Source: Eledone cirrhosa (Eukaryota). From it: a DNA stretch of 64,000 bases. Within the stretch, counting starts at the first letter, position 1. Every line of letters begins with the position of its first letter. Of this stretch, positions 41,800-59,601 are shown piece after piece. Both the position numbers and the translations under genes were made by a program. The stretch spans positions 98,456,001 to 98,520,000 of the forward strand of contig OZ024744.1 in assembly GCA_964016885.1 (NCBI GenBank). Reading direction: 5' to 3'. The notes under the pieces were generated by a model. It worked only from the letters and a program-made list of their open reading frames with translations. It did no database searches and was not told the DNA's origin.

Positions 41800-44700
41800 T
41801 TAATACGTGGACCAATCATAAGCCAGAGCCCCCCCCCCGCATCACCACCATTATTATAAGCCAGAGCCACCCACCCCCACCCCCACGCATCACCATTATT
41901 ATTATTACGCGGACCAAATCATAAGCCAGAGGCCTATACTATCGCTTGCCCGGTTGCCTTCGATATATGATGGATGGATGGATGGATGGATGGACGGACG
42001 GACTGCGGAATCCTTGGAGAGTGGAAGGGAGAGAAAAATCTGGACGCCCAGAGCGAAAATGCCAATGCTAAAGTCAAATTCACCTCGTGGACGAGAATGC
42101 GAGCACTCTTCTTTGTTTCGCCCGCGGATGGCTAACATAACCCCATCTCCCCCCGCCCCACACCACCCCCACCCTCCAAACGCGATCCAAAACTTCAGAG
42201 TTGGTACCATAAATGTAGGCACCCTAAAGGGTCGCGCTAACGAGGTTGTAGAAATGCTTGAACGTAAGGAGGTCGATGTCTGTTGTATTCAAGAGACCAG
42301 GTGGAGGGGTGGGTCTGCTAGATTCATTGAGGGTAAAAAACGATGTTATAAGCTTTTCTGGGTGGGAAACGACGATGGGCTGGGTGGAGTAGGAATCATG
42401 GTAGCAGAAAAGTGGGCAGATAAGATAATAGACGTAAATAGAGTGAACGACAGAATAATTAAAATAAGACTTGTCCTCAATAGAACTACGGTGACAGTAA
42501 TATCTGCGTACGCACCCCAATCCGGACTGCCCGGCACTATAAAAGACAGATTCTATGAGACACTGTTGCTAACTACCTCCCAAATATCTGACAGTGACTA
42601 TATAATTATTGCAGGCGACCTAAATGGTCACGTTGGACAACATTGTGACGGCTATGACGAAATCCATGGAGGCTATGGGTTTGGTACTAGAAATGAGGAA
42701 GGCTCCAGAATTCTGGAATACTGTGATGCAAATAACCTAACTATCTGTAACACTAACTTCAAAAAACGTGACAATCACCTGATTACCTATAGATCCGGGG
42801 AACACACAAGCCAGGTAGATTATATCCTTACCAGAAGACGTGACAGAGTGTCTGTTGTAAACACTAAATCCCTCCCCCATGAAGAATGCACCTCCCAACA
42901 TAGACTGATAATTAGCGACCTCATAGTCAGGACGAGACGCACCCGACAGCAGAAGAGGACTATCCTCAGGAGGAAAATATGGAAACTAAAAGACCCCACA
43001 GCCAGAAATAAATTTCAAAGCATATTACTTGATGCTTTCGACAGTAAGGAAGAGCATCTAGAATCGGACAATATAGAGGGACAGTGGAAATTTCTGAAAG
43101 CTAACCTGCTGTTGGCGACAGACGAAGTCTGTGGCTGGAGCAGGCCTGTAGGCAGGAGGAGAGTAACATGGTGGTGGAACAGTAAGGTGGAGGGGTCAAT
43201 TAAGGCCAAAAAGCAGGCTTGGAAAGTATGGCGGGATGGGGGAAGTAGAGTAGACTATCAAGTGGCCAGGAGGGAAGCTAGGAGAGAAGTGTACTTAGCA
43301 AGAAGGGAAGCTGAGGAAAGTAAGTTCAAGCATGTTCTACAACGCGATGACCAAAAACGTGAGGTGTTCAGGATTGCCAGGCAATGCGTCAAGGAAAACC
43401 GTGATATTGTCGGGGAGAAGTGTGTACTTAACGATGATGGCATACTTGCCATCACCGACACTGATAAGAAGGTAGCTTGGAAGTGTCACTATGAAAGGCT
43501 ACTAAATGAGGAGAATAAATGGGAGAAAGACAGTCTCCCCCATATCGACCCGATAGAGGGACCAGCAGTGTTAGTCGAGGGGAGTATAATAAGTAAGGCA
43601 ATCAAGGATATGAAGACTGGTAAGGCGGCTGGGCCTTCGGAAATAGTTGCTGAGATGCTGAAGGCATCTGGCACGGTGGGACACACCATGGTCACCCGCA
43701 TAGTTAACCAAGTCGTACAGAATGGGGTTGTTCCGAAGGACTGGCATAGCAGCATCATCGTTAACTGTTATAAGGGTAAAGGAGACGCCCTAGATAGGAG
43801 TAACTATAGAGGCATTAAATTAATCGACCAGGTCATGAAGGTCACGGAAAAAGTAATAGCGCAACTAATCAGAGAGAGAATTGATCTAGATGAAATGCAG
43901 TTCGGGTTTGTGTCAGGCAAAAGCACCACAGACGCTCTTTTCATAGTACGACAACTACAGGAGAAGTACCTAGCTAAAGGTAAACCCCTCTACTTAGCTT
44001 TTGTCGACCTGGAGAAAGCCTTCGACAGAGTCCCCCGCTCCATTATCTGGTGGGCTCTTAGAAAACTAGGCGTTGACGAATGGCTTGTGAGGGCTATACA
44101 AGCCATGTATAAAGAAACAGTCAGCAAGGTTAGAATTAACAACGAATATAGTGAAGAGTTTAGCGTAAAAGTTGGCGTCCATCAGGGCTCTGTTCTCAGC
44201 CCCCTACTATTTATTATTGCCCTTCAGGCTATAACAGAGGAGTTCAAGACAGGCTGCCCATGGGAACTCCTATACGCAGACGACCTGACACTCATAGCGG
44301 AATCAATGGCCGAGCTAGAGAAGAAATTCCAAACATGGAAGCACGGCCTAGAGTCAAAAGGACTTAAAATTAACCTGGCTAAGACCAAAGTTCTAGTTTG
44401 TAGGAAAGAAAACAAGGCGGCGGTCCCTTCTGGGAAATGGTCGTGCTCGGTATGTAGGAAAGGCGTAGGTAGAAACTCCATCTTATGTCCTAAATGCAAA
44501 GTATGGGTGCATAAAAGATGTAGTGGGATCACAGGTAAGCTAACTAAGAACATAGACTTTACATGTGGCCGGTGTTCTGGTGCAATAAGTAGCAGCAAGT
44601 GCCCACAAAATACTAGCTCTTTCAATTGCGCAGAGGGTTTTATAGAAATAGTGGACAGCTTCCGTTACCTGGGCGATAAAATCAGCAGTGGGGGAGGGTG

Positions 44701-45594
44701 CTCTGAAAGTACTGTAGCTAGAGTCAGAACTGGTTGGAAAAAGTTCAGAGAGCTTATACCACTATTAGCTGCTAAAGGGTTCTCCCTAAAAATGAAAGGC
44801 AGGTTGTACGATGCCTGCATACGAACAGCAATGTTGCATGGTAGTGAGACCTGGGCATTGTGTGCAGAGGATATACGCAGACTAGAGAGGAACGAAGCTT
44901 GCATGCTCCGCTGGATGTGTAACAGTAATATACGTGAACGGCAAAGCATAAACGAACTAAGGAAAAAATTAGAGATAAGAGGGATCAGATGTTGTTTACT
45001 CGAGAGAAGGCTGCGTTGGTATGGACACGTGATGCGCATGAAAGTCGATAGCTGTATTACAAAGTGCAGGGCAATAAAGATAGACGGTAGCCACGGAATA
45101 GGCAGACCTAGAAAAACATGGGATGAGCTGATAAACTCCGACCTCACACACTTACACCTCTCCAAGACAATGTCACTGGACCGTGACCTTTGGCGGTACT
45201 CAGTAACAGAGAAGACCCGCCTTGCCAGTAGGCATCTCTAACAAAATACACCCCTCCCGCCGCCACCCCCACCCCATCCACACCACCCCGTTCTATGTAA
45301 AGTTATGTTGGTGCCGCGCCATCCAGGCCGAAACAAATGAGATCGTGTAGGTGTCACGACAAAAAAACACACAGTCCACGCTGTAATGTGGCCGTGTAGG
45401 CAACACGGTAAAAACCTCCCAGACCCACACTGTAAATGTGGTTGGTGTTAGGAAGGGCATCCAACTGTAGAAAACCTGCCAGACAGTCCTATGCGAGCAA
45501 GACAATCACTCTTGCCTCAAGTGGGACTACCCCCGTCCAAACCCATGCAAGCGTGGAACACGGACGTTAAACGTTGATGATGATGATGATGATG
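41800..45594 (+). mobile_element. RTE family 1 LINE, apparently full length (5' boundary uncertain, possibly ~41370)
   Basis: Single long ORF, 3'UTR, (GAT)n tail; upstream repeats of ataagccagag. Confidence 0.93.
41954..45241 (+). CDS. RTE ORF: APE endonuclease, reverse transcriptase and embedded PHD-type finger (true start probably ATG 42059 or 42128)
   Basis: TINVGTL, CCIQET, SAYAPQ, GDLNGHVG, VDYIL, QH; NYRGIKL, FVDLEKAFD, GVHQGSVLSPLLF, YADD; CxxC..CxxCxxWVHxxC..CxxC; no stops over 1095 codons. Confidence 0.95.
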   Translation: MPSIYDGWMDGWMDGRTAESLESGRERKIWTPRAKMPMLKSNSPRGRECEHSSLFRPRMANITPSPPAPHHPHPPNAIQNFRVGTINVGTLKGRANEVVEMLERKEVDVCCIQETRWRGGSARFIEGKKRCYKLFWVGNDDGLGGVGIMVAEKWADKIIDVNRVNDRIIKIRLVLNRTTVTVISAYAPQSGLPGTIKDRFYETLLLTTSQISDSDYIIIAGDLNGHVGQHCDGYDEIHGGYGFGTRNEEGSRILEYCDANNLTICNTNFKKRDNHLITYRSGEHTSQVDYILTRRRDRVSVVNTKSLPHEECTSQHRLIISDLIVRTRRTRQQKRTILRRKIWKLKDPTARNKFQSILLDAFDSKEEHLESDNIEGQWKFLKANLLLATDEVCGWSRPVGRRRVTWWWNSKVEGSIKAKKQAWKVWRDGGSRVDYQVARREARREVYLARREAEESKFKHVLQRDDQKREVFRIARQCVKENRDIVGEKCVLNDDGILAITDTDKKVAWKCHYERLLNEENKWEKDSLPHIDPIEGPAVLVEGSIISKAIKDMKTGKAAGPSEIVAEMLKASGTVGHTMVTRIVNQVVQNGVVPKDWHSSIIVNCYKGKGDALDRSNYRGIKLIDQVMKVTEKVIAQLIRERIDLDEMQFGFVSGKSTTDALFIVRQLQEKYLAKGKPLYLAFVDLEKAFDRVPRSIIWWALRKLGVDEWLVRAIQAMYKETVSKVRINNEYSEEFSVKVGVHQGSVLSPLLFIIALQAITEEFKTGCPWELLYADDLTLIAESMAELEKKFQTWKHGLESKGLKINLAKTKVLVCRKENKAAVPSGKWSCSVCRKGVGRNSILCPKCKVWVHKRCSGITGKLTKNIDFTCGRCSGAISSSKCPQNTSSFNCAEGFIEIVDSFRYLGDKISSGGGCSESTVARVRTGWKKFRELIPLLAAKGFSLKMKGRLYDACIRTAMLHGSETWALCAEDIRRLERNEACMLRWMCNSNIRERQSINELRKKLEIRGIRCCLLERRLRWYGHVMRMKVDSCITKCRAIKIDGSHGIGRPRKTWDELINSDLTHLHLSKTMSLDRDLWRYSVTEKTRLASRHL

Positions 45595-45806
45595 TATATA
45601 TATATATGTATGTATGTATATATATATGTATGTATATATGTATGTATGTATATATATATGTATGTATATATGTATGTATATATATATATATGTATGTATA
45701 TATATATATATGTATGTATATGTATGTATATATATATATATATGTATGTATGTATATATATGTATGTATGTATATATATGTATGTATGTATGTATGTATA
45801 TGTATG

Positions 45807-45837
<31 letters not shown>

Positions 45838-45898
45838 ATATATGTATGTATGTATGTATGTATATATATGTATATATAAATATATATACGTATGTATT

Positions 45899-45929
<31 letters not shown>

Positions 45930-45957
45930 GTATATATATATATATATATACGTATGT

Positions 45958-45991
<34 letters not shown>

Positions 45992-46400
45992 GTGTATGTA
46001 TGTATATATATGTATGTATGTATATATATGTATATGTATATGTTTGTATATGTTGATATATATATATATGTATATGTTTATATATGTATATGTATATGTG
46101 GATATGTATGTATGTATATGTATATATGTATATATATGTATATATATATATAATTATCTATATATATATGTATATATATGTGTATATATATATATGTGTA
46201 TATATATATGTATATATATGTATATATATATGTGTATATATATATGTATATATATATGTATATATATGTATATATATATATGTATATATATATATGTATA
46301 TATATGTATATATATGTATATATATGTATATATATATATGTATATATATATGTATATATATGTATATATATATATGTATATATATATGTATATATATATG

Positions 46401-46431
<31 letters not shown>

Positions 46432-46548
46432 GTATATGTATATATATATGTATATATATATGTATATATATGTATATATATATGTATATATATATATATA
46501 TGTATATATATATGTATATGTATATATATATATATGTATATATATATG

Positions 46549-46581
<33 letters not shown>

Positions 46582-46618
46582 GTATATATATATATATATG
46601 TATATGTATATATATATG

Positions 46619-46649
<31 letters not shown>

Positions 46650-46821
46650 GTATATATATGTATATATATATGTATATATATATATATGTATATATGTATA
46701 TATATGTATATATGTATATATATATATGTATATATATATGTATATATAATATATATATTTATATGTATATATATATGTGTTATATATATAGGTATATTAT
46801 ATATATATTTATATGTATATA

Positions 46822-46852
<31 letters not shown>

Positions 46853-47073
46853 GTATATTTATATGTATATATAATATTTATATGTATATATATATGTATA
46901 TATATATGTATATATATGTATATATATATATTATGTATATATATGTATATGTATATATATATGTATATATATGTATATGTATTTATATATGTATATGTAT
47001 ATATATATGTATATATATATATATATATATATTTATATGTATATATATATGTATATATATTTGTGTATATATG

Positions 47074-47105
<32 letters not shown>

Positions 47106-47369
47106 ATATATATATGTGTATATGTATATATATATATATGTGTATATGTATATATTTGTATATGTATATATATTATATTGTGTATATGTATATATATATA
47201 TATGTATATATGTATTATTTATGTATATATGTATATGTATATATGTATATGTATGTATAATGTATATATATATGTATATATGTATATATATATATATGTG
47301 TATATAATATATATATGTATATATGTATAATTTATGTATATGTATATATATATATGTATATATTATATT

Positions 47370-47404
<35 letters not shown>

Positions 47405-47479
47405 GTATTATATATATATGTATATATATATATGTGTATATTATATATATATATGTATATGTATGTATATATATATATG
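45595..47479. repeat. Compound (TA)n array
   Basis: Directly visible. Confidence 0.98.
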
Positions 47480-47905
47480 TTTACTCTTTTACTCTTTTAC
47501 CTGTTTCAGCCATCCGGCTGAGGCCAAGCTGGGGCACCGCCCTTGTTGCTACACATTTTATCTCCAACCTGTACAGGTTGGCCACTGGTGTAAGAGGGAG
47601 TTTGTTGCTGCTGCCCTTAGGTTTCCCTCGTGTCTTGCTGTGGGCTCATCCGGGATCCTGGATAACAAGATGTCGAGATGTTTCTTGAAGACATCCACCT
47701 CCACGTCATGCAAGTCTCTCAGATGCCTCGGCAGCCTGTTGAAGAGTTGAGGACCCTTGAATCCCAGGCTATTGCAATACCTGCTCCTTATTCTAGATGT
47801 GGAAGACGGGACCTTTGGCACCACACAGTGACGTCCTGTTCGACGGTTGGTCCAGCTCCTAATGCCAAAGTTTGGTGCTAGTCCCTCCAGGATTTTCCAC
47901 ATGTA
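47480..47905 (-). mobile_element. CR1/L2-group LINE family 2, 3' fragment
   Basis: MWKILEG...IPDEP...AATNSL; tail (TAAAAGAG)2. Confidence 0.9.
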
Positions 47906-50370
<2,465 letters not shown>

Positions 50371-50795
50371 TTTACTCTTTTACTCTTTTACCTGTTTCAG
50401 CCATCCGGCTGAGGCCAAGCTGGGGCACCGCCCTTGTTGCTACACATTTTATCTCCAACCTGTACAGGTTGGCCACTGGTGTAAGAGGGAGTTTGTTGCT
50501 GCTGCCCTTAGGTTTCCCTCGTGTCTTGCTGTGGGCTCATCCGGGATCCTGGATAACAAGATGTCGAGATGTTTCTTGAAGACATCCACCTCCACGTCAT
50601 GCAAGTCTCTCAGATGCCTCGGCAGCCTGTTGAAGAGTTGAGGACCCTTGAATCCAGGCTATTGCAATACCTGCTCCTTATTCTAGATGTGGAAGACGGG
50701 ACCTTTGGCACCACACAGTGACGTCCTGTTCGAGACGGTTGGTCCAGCTCCTAATGCCAAAGTTTGGTGCTAGTCCCTCCAGGATTTTCCACATG

Positions 50796-50797
<2 letters not shown>
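50371..50797 (-). mobile_element. CR1/L2-group LINE family 2 fragment, duplicate of 47480-47905
   Basis: Identical breakpoints; differs only by small indels. Confidence 0.9.
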
Positions 50798-52265
<1,468 letters not shown>

Positions 52266-55200
52266 TAACTTTGAAATGTTTTGGCCAGTAATTGGCCCAG
52301 GCCATGTCTAACTTAATAGCACCACCTGGCGAAGTCTTTCAATTCAGAATTTGGGCACCATGGCCCATTCGAGAACAGAATTACTGTTTGCGGAGACATA
52401 TCCGGGTGTGGGTGGTTTGTCCGGGATTACTTGGAGGAATTTGTCCAAAGACTTCTTGAATTTTGTGTGGTCAGTTTCTGTTTTGACGTGTCCTGTGTGA
52501 TGTTGAAGAGAGCAGGGCCGATTGAGGTGAAATAATTGTGCCGTATTGTTGTTATGAGTTGCGATTTAGATTTTTGAATGGGACGGATAGCACGGGGCCC
52601 AAGCCTTGGGTGTATCTTGAAGGCGATGCCAACATCATTTGGGCAGTGATGATGGAACATTTTCCACATCATGCAGATAATATAACGCTCACGGCGACGT
52701 TGGAGTGAGTAAAGTTCAGGTTTTCCAATCGACCCCAGTAGTCAAGGTCTGACATGCCATCTATCTTTTTCCGTGATTGCCCTTTGAGGAGCTTCAAGTT
52801 TCATGATACTTTGTTTCGTGTGGGGAGACCACAGTGGACAACAGTATTCAAGGTGTGGTCGGGCGAAAGTAGAGAAGAGAAGGATAATGGTGCGGGAATC
52901 TCTCGACTGGAAGGTTCTGAGGATCCAGGAACACATTCTGCGGGCCATGTCAACTTTGCTGCTTATATGCGTGGTCCAGCTTATGTTGCTGTCCACGGTT
53001 ACTCCCAAGTCTCTGATGTTGTTAGATGCCACGAGAGTTTCCCCGGAGGGAAGGGAGTACGGGAGTTTCAGAGCATCCTCTTTTCCAAAGTGGATCAGTT
53101 CGAATTTGTCTTCGTTCAGTAACATGTTGTTCTTTTCTGCCCATTGGGTAACAGCCAGTAGGTCTGACTGAAGGCTTATCCGGTCATCCACGCCATTGAT
53201 GACCTTTTGGAGCTTGGAATCATCAGCGAAAATTTTAATGTTGCTGTGTTTGATGATGTCAGTGATGTCATTAATATAGATGATGAAGAGAAGTGGGCCA
53301 ACACAGTGCCTTGTGGGACTCCACTACTGACTTTGGCTGGGCTTGATTTGACTCCCTCAACTACAACATGTTGGGTTCTGTTTGACAGGAAGCTCTTGAT
53401 CCACTGCAGCAGCTTTCCAGTGACACCAATATTGGACAGCTTTCTCAGTAGAATGTTATGATCAACCCTGTCAAAGGCCTTGCTGAAATCAAGGTAGATA
53501 ACATCAGTGTTGGAACCCTCTCCCAAGGCTCTCAAAATGTCATCAAAGTGATGCAGTAGTTGCGTCAGGCAATCCCTTCCATTACGGAATCCATGCTGGT
53601 TGGAGTTCAGCATATTGTTACTCTCAAGGAAGTGGGTCATTCGCGATCTCACCACTCGCTCAAATACCTTAATGATATGAGAGTGAGTGAGATTGGACGG
53701 TAATTCACGGCAAGGGATTTGTTTCCCTTTTTGAAAACTGGGACAACAGACTGGGATAGAAGGTTTTCTGGCACATATCCAGCATCCAGTGAGTTCCGCC
53801 ACAGATTGGCAAGAGGAGAAGCAAGTTGGTGTTGACACGCCTTCAAGACACAAGCAGGGAACCTATCGGGACCTACTGCTGAATTATGCTTGATTTCCTT
53901 TATTGCCGCCAAGACATCAGGGGCGCCAAACGTTATGTCCGATAAGGTGTAATGGGGAGTAACATCGCCGATACAGCCAGATCGGCCATATCAGGATTGC
54001 TGAAAACAGAGCAGTATTGTTTCTGCAGTATCTCACCCATAGTTTTAGCATTGTCTTGAAGAGTGCCATTTTCATCAATTAGAGGGCCAACAGTAGAGCC
54101 AGTGATTTGTGTTTTTTTGCAAATGAAAAGAACACTTTGGATTGAGTTTGATCTTCTCAATGGCCCAGGCCTCTTCAGCTCTTCTCTGATTGTTGATGAG
54201 GGACATTATGTTGTTTTGGGAGGTTATGTTTTTTAATCTCTAGTGATGAAATGGCAGTCAAGTTGATGTGTTGCTGCTGACAGTATTTCAGATTGTTGAT
54301 TTTTTTGTTCGTTCTCTTAATTTTTCTGATGAGCGTTTTTCTATTTCTAGGGATTCTGCTCTTAGATTTGTTTATAGTTCTTAATGGGGTGTGTTTAGCA
54401 CATATGTTTGTAACAGTGTCCACAATGTCTGCCAGGACTTTTTGATGTTAGTGGGTGTATGAGTGTGCGTGAAGGACCAGTCGACATGTGCAAGATCATG
54501 ACTGATCGCTTCCCAGTTTGCATTGTGGAAATCCATAGCGTCAAACGGATGGACAGGAGAAATGACATTGGGTTTGTATATTGGACGGTGGAATCTCAGA
54601 TCACAGAGAACCATGTCATGATCAGAGAGTAGAGTTTTCTCCACTGCAATATTGTGGATATTGTCAGTGTGATTGCTGAAAATTAAGTCTAGGACGTTTT
54701 TGTGGCACCTCGTTGGTTCGAGCACTAGTTGGGATAGGAAGAAATCATCCATGAAGTCAAGAAGCGATTCCACAGCTTCCCTGTCAGAGGTTGAGGCAGA
54801 AGAACCTGGTGGCAGGGTGTTTGTGGACCAGTCAACTCCGGGGAGGTTGAAGTCCCCCATCATTAAGATGTTGTCAGGGTGACACTCTTGGATGAAACAC
54901 TTTATGCTGTTGAGGCATTCCTTGAAGCATGGTACAGGCGTTTGGGGTGGCCTATAGAGCCCAACTACTAATAGGTTGTTGGTTTGACTGAATACAGTGA
55001 CTGCCTCACAGTATCCATTAGTGAATATGTTCATAGCCTCTGTTGAGAAAGAATTATGGACATAAATGGCAGTTCCGCCCTTTCTTCTGCCAGCGCGATC
55101 AGCACGGATGGCTTTGAAATTTTTCACTTTCACCTCGGCTTCCAAGTGGAGGTTACTGAGATGGGTTTCAGTGAGGACGAAGAAAGGGATGTGGTTTGGA

Positions 55201-55426
55201 TGGACATCAATCCAGTCCTCCAGGAATTTGATCTTCCATTTTGAGTATTGGTGGAAGGGCTGATGCCTTGGGCGTTAAGCAAAAATGTAGAGGCGAGAGT
55301 GGATGGTTTTAATTGTTTTGGTGTGTTGTTAATTTGTTTGTTTGTTAATGGCAGCAATGGGAGTTTGTGCAGTGGGGTGATAGTGGAGGGTGGTGCTGGG
55401 TGATAGCTCGAATGTTTTTTTCCAGT
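52266..55426 (-). mobile_element. CR1/L2-group LINE family 1, copy D (whole ORF2 span, many small frameshifts)
   Basis: LLNAQG, LTETHL, RADR..RKGGTAIYV, GDFN, SDH, RT motifs. Confidence 0.95.
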
Positions 55427-55653
55427 TATATATGTATATATATATATGTATATATATATATGTATATATATATATGTATATATATATATATGTATATATA
55501 TATATGTATATATATATATGTATATATATATATGTGTATATATATATGTGTATATATATATATGTATATATATATATGTATATATATATATATGTATATA
55601 TATATATGTATATATATATATGTATATATGTATATATAATATGTATATATGTA

Positions 55654-55714
<61 letters not shown>

Positions 55715-56116
55715 GTATATATATATATGTATATATATATATGTATATATATATATGTATATATATATATATGTATATTATATATATATGTATATATATA
55801 TATGTATATATATATATATGTATATATATATATGTATATATATATATATGTATATATGTATATATATATATGTATATATATATATGTATATATATATATG
55901 TATATATATATATGTATATATATATATGTATATATATATGTATGTATATGTATATATGTATATGTATATATATTATATGTATATATATATGTATATATAT
56001 GTTATATATATATGTATATATATGTATATATATATGTATATATATATGTATATATATGTATATATATATGTATATATATATGTATATATATATGTATATA
56101 TATGTATATATATATG

Positions 56117-56147
<31 letters not shown>

Positions 56148-56960
56148 GTATATATGTATATATATGTATTATATGTATATATATATATATATATATGTAT
56201 ATGTATATATGTATATATATATGTATATATATATGTATATATATATATATATATATGTATATGTATATTTGTATATATATATGTATATATATATTAGTAT
56301 ATATGTATATTTATATATATATGTTATGTATATATGTATATATATATGTATATATATGTATATGTATATTTATATGTATATATATGTATATATATATATT
56401 ATATATTTATATTATATGTTATATATATGTTATATGTATATATGTATAGTTATATATATGTATTTATATATATATGTATTTTATGTTATTATATGTATAT
56501 GTATATATATGTTATATATATGTATTTATATGTATATATATTGTATATTTATGTATATATATGTATATATACGTATATATATGTATATTATATATATAAT
56601 ATGTATATATATATATATTTATATATATGTATATATATGTATATATATATATGTATATATATGTTTAGATATATATATGTATATATATGTATATATTTAT
56701 ATGTTATATTATATATATGTATATATATGTATATCATATATATGTATATATTATGTTAGTATATATATATGTTATATATATGTATATATATGTATATATA
56801 TGTATATATATGTATATATATTATATATATATATATATGTATATATATGTATATATAGTATATATATATATGTATATATGTATATATATTTATATATATG
56901 TATATATATGTATATTATATGTATATTATATTTATATATGTATATATATGTATATATATG

Positions 56961-56993
<33 letters not shown>

Positions 56994-57307
56994 GTATATA
57001 TATGTATATATATGTATATATATGTATATATATGTATATATATGTATATATATGTATATGTATATATATGTATATATGTATATATATATATATATGTATA
57101 TATATGTATATATATGTATTATATATATATATGTATATATTATATATATATATGTATATATATGTATATATAGGTATATTTATATATATGTATATATATG
57201 TATATATATGTATATATATGTATATATATGTAATATATATATATGTATATATATGTATATATATGTATATATATATGTATATATATGTATATATATGTAT
57301 ATATATA

Positions 57308-57343
<36 letters not shown>

Positions 57344-57451
57344 TGTATATATATATATATATATATGTATGTTTGTATGTATATATATGTATTATATATT
57401 TATATATATATATGTATATGTATGTATATGTATGTATATAATATATATATG

Positions 57452-57484
<33 letters not shown>

Positions 57485-57509
57485 TATATGTATATATATA
57501 TTATATATG

Positions 57510-57540
<31 letters not shown>

Positions 57541-57596
57541 GTAAATATATTATATATGTATATATATATATGTATATATATGTATATATATGTATA

Positions 57597-57633
<37 letters not shown>

Positions 57634-57722
57634 TTATGTATATATATATATATATATGTATATGTATATATATATATTATATATATATATATATGTATAT
57701 GTATATATGTATATATTATATT

Positions 57723-57792
<70 letters not shown>

Positions 57793-58167
57793 TTATATAT
57801 ATATATGTATATATATATAATATATATATGTATATGTATATATATGTATTATATATATGTATATATATATATGTATATATATATATGTATATATTATATG
57901 TATATATATTATATATGTATATATATTTATATATATGTATATATATATATATGTATATATATATTTATATGTATATATATATATATGTATATATATTATA
58001 TATGTATATATTATATATATGTATATATATATTATGTATATATATATTATTTGTATGTATATATATATATTGTATATATATATATTATATGTATTATATA
58101 TGTATATATATTGTATATATTATATATATATGTATATGTATATATATATGTTTATATATATGTATAT

Positions 58168-58200
<33 letters not shown>

Positions 58201-58223
58201 TATGTATTATATTTATATATATG

Positions 58224-58261
<38 letters not shown>

Positions 58262-58354
58262 TATGTATATTTATATATATTTTTATATATATATTGTTAT
58301 AGTATATATATATATATGTATATATATATGTATATGTATATATATATATTTATG

Positions 58355-58389
<35 letters not shown>

Positions 58390-58738
58390 GTATATATGTG
58401 TATATACATATATATGGGTATATATATGTATACATATATATATATATGTATTATATATATATATGTATATATGTATATATATATATATGTGTATATATTT
58501 ATATATATGTATTTAGTATATTATGTATATATTGTTATAGTATTTTGATATATATGTGTATATATATATGTGTGTATATATATGTGTATATATATATGTG
58601 TGTATATATATTTGTATATATATATATATGTATATATTTATGTGTATATATATGTATATATTTATATGTATGTATATATATATATGTATATATATATGTA
58701 TATATGTATGTATATATGTATATATATATGTATATATA
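55427..58738. repeat. 3.3-kb compound (TA)n array
   Basis: Directly visible. Confidence 0.98.
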
Positions 58739-59368
58739 AAGTTTAGAGTAGTCAGTGTATGAAACAATCTCACGTGTAGCATGCACGCGTGTCTTATTTA
58801 TACATGATTAGAGTGCGTCAGAATATTGCAGGGTCAGGCAGTTGAAGCAGGCAATCGATCTTATTATGTCTAAACTTTCCTCTTGCTTTATCTTCATAGA
58901 CTGCCAACGCTTGATGCTTATATTTATTTTCATTTTTGTTTTTATTTTTATTTTCATCCTGTAACCTCTATATGTAAATTGCCATGCTATATCATTTGAT
59001 GAATGTCACCCCACTGTTGATCAATATGCGCATATGTTTTATATGTCTCTTGTGTTTTATATGTCTCTTGGGTGAAAAGGAGGTCAAGTATGTTATAGAT
59101 TAGTAAATAGTTGCTCAGGAAGAATCCAAACCTCGGTTTGGAGGAAACAATTGTAAGCAAATAAATGACTTAAACTGAACTTTGATTATTGTAATCTCTA
59201 TATAACTGCTCTGTAAAACAACTGATGTTATTACATTGAGCTATTTATCTTACTGGTAATAGGATAGTAATTAATGACTATCTTTCACTATTTAGGATTG
59301 TATAAATAAATATATTGCCATAAAAGGTTTTATTACATACATAACCATAAATAGTATCCTTAATACTA
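58739..59368 (+). mobile_element. pLTR-like non-coding element, same family as 4048-4400, with hammerhead-like motif at 59111-59160
   Basis: ttgct-CAGGAAGA-a-tccaaacc-tc-ggtttgga-g-GAAA-caatt-GTA-agcaa; (TA)n on both sides. Confidence 0.7.
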
Positions 59369-59601
59369 TGTATATATATATATGTATATGTATATATATG
59401 TATATATATATATGTATGTATATGTATATATATATATGTATATATATGTATATATATATATGTATATATATGTATATATATATATGTATATATATATATG
59501 TATATATATATATGTATATATATATATGTATATATATGTATGTATATATATGTATATATATATATGTATATATATGTATATATATATATGTATATGTATA
59601 T

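Noticed and set aside
42070-42145. HDV-like ribozyme in the RTE 5' region (ttc-acctcgt-gga ... ggctaa); similar hint at 33350-33410 (-)
   Set aside because: Could not find matching P1 and P2 partner strands by eye
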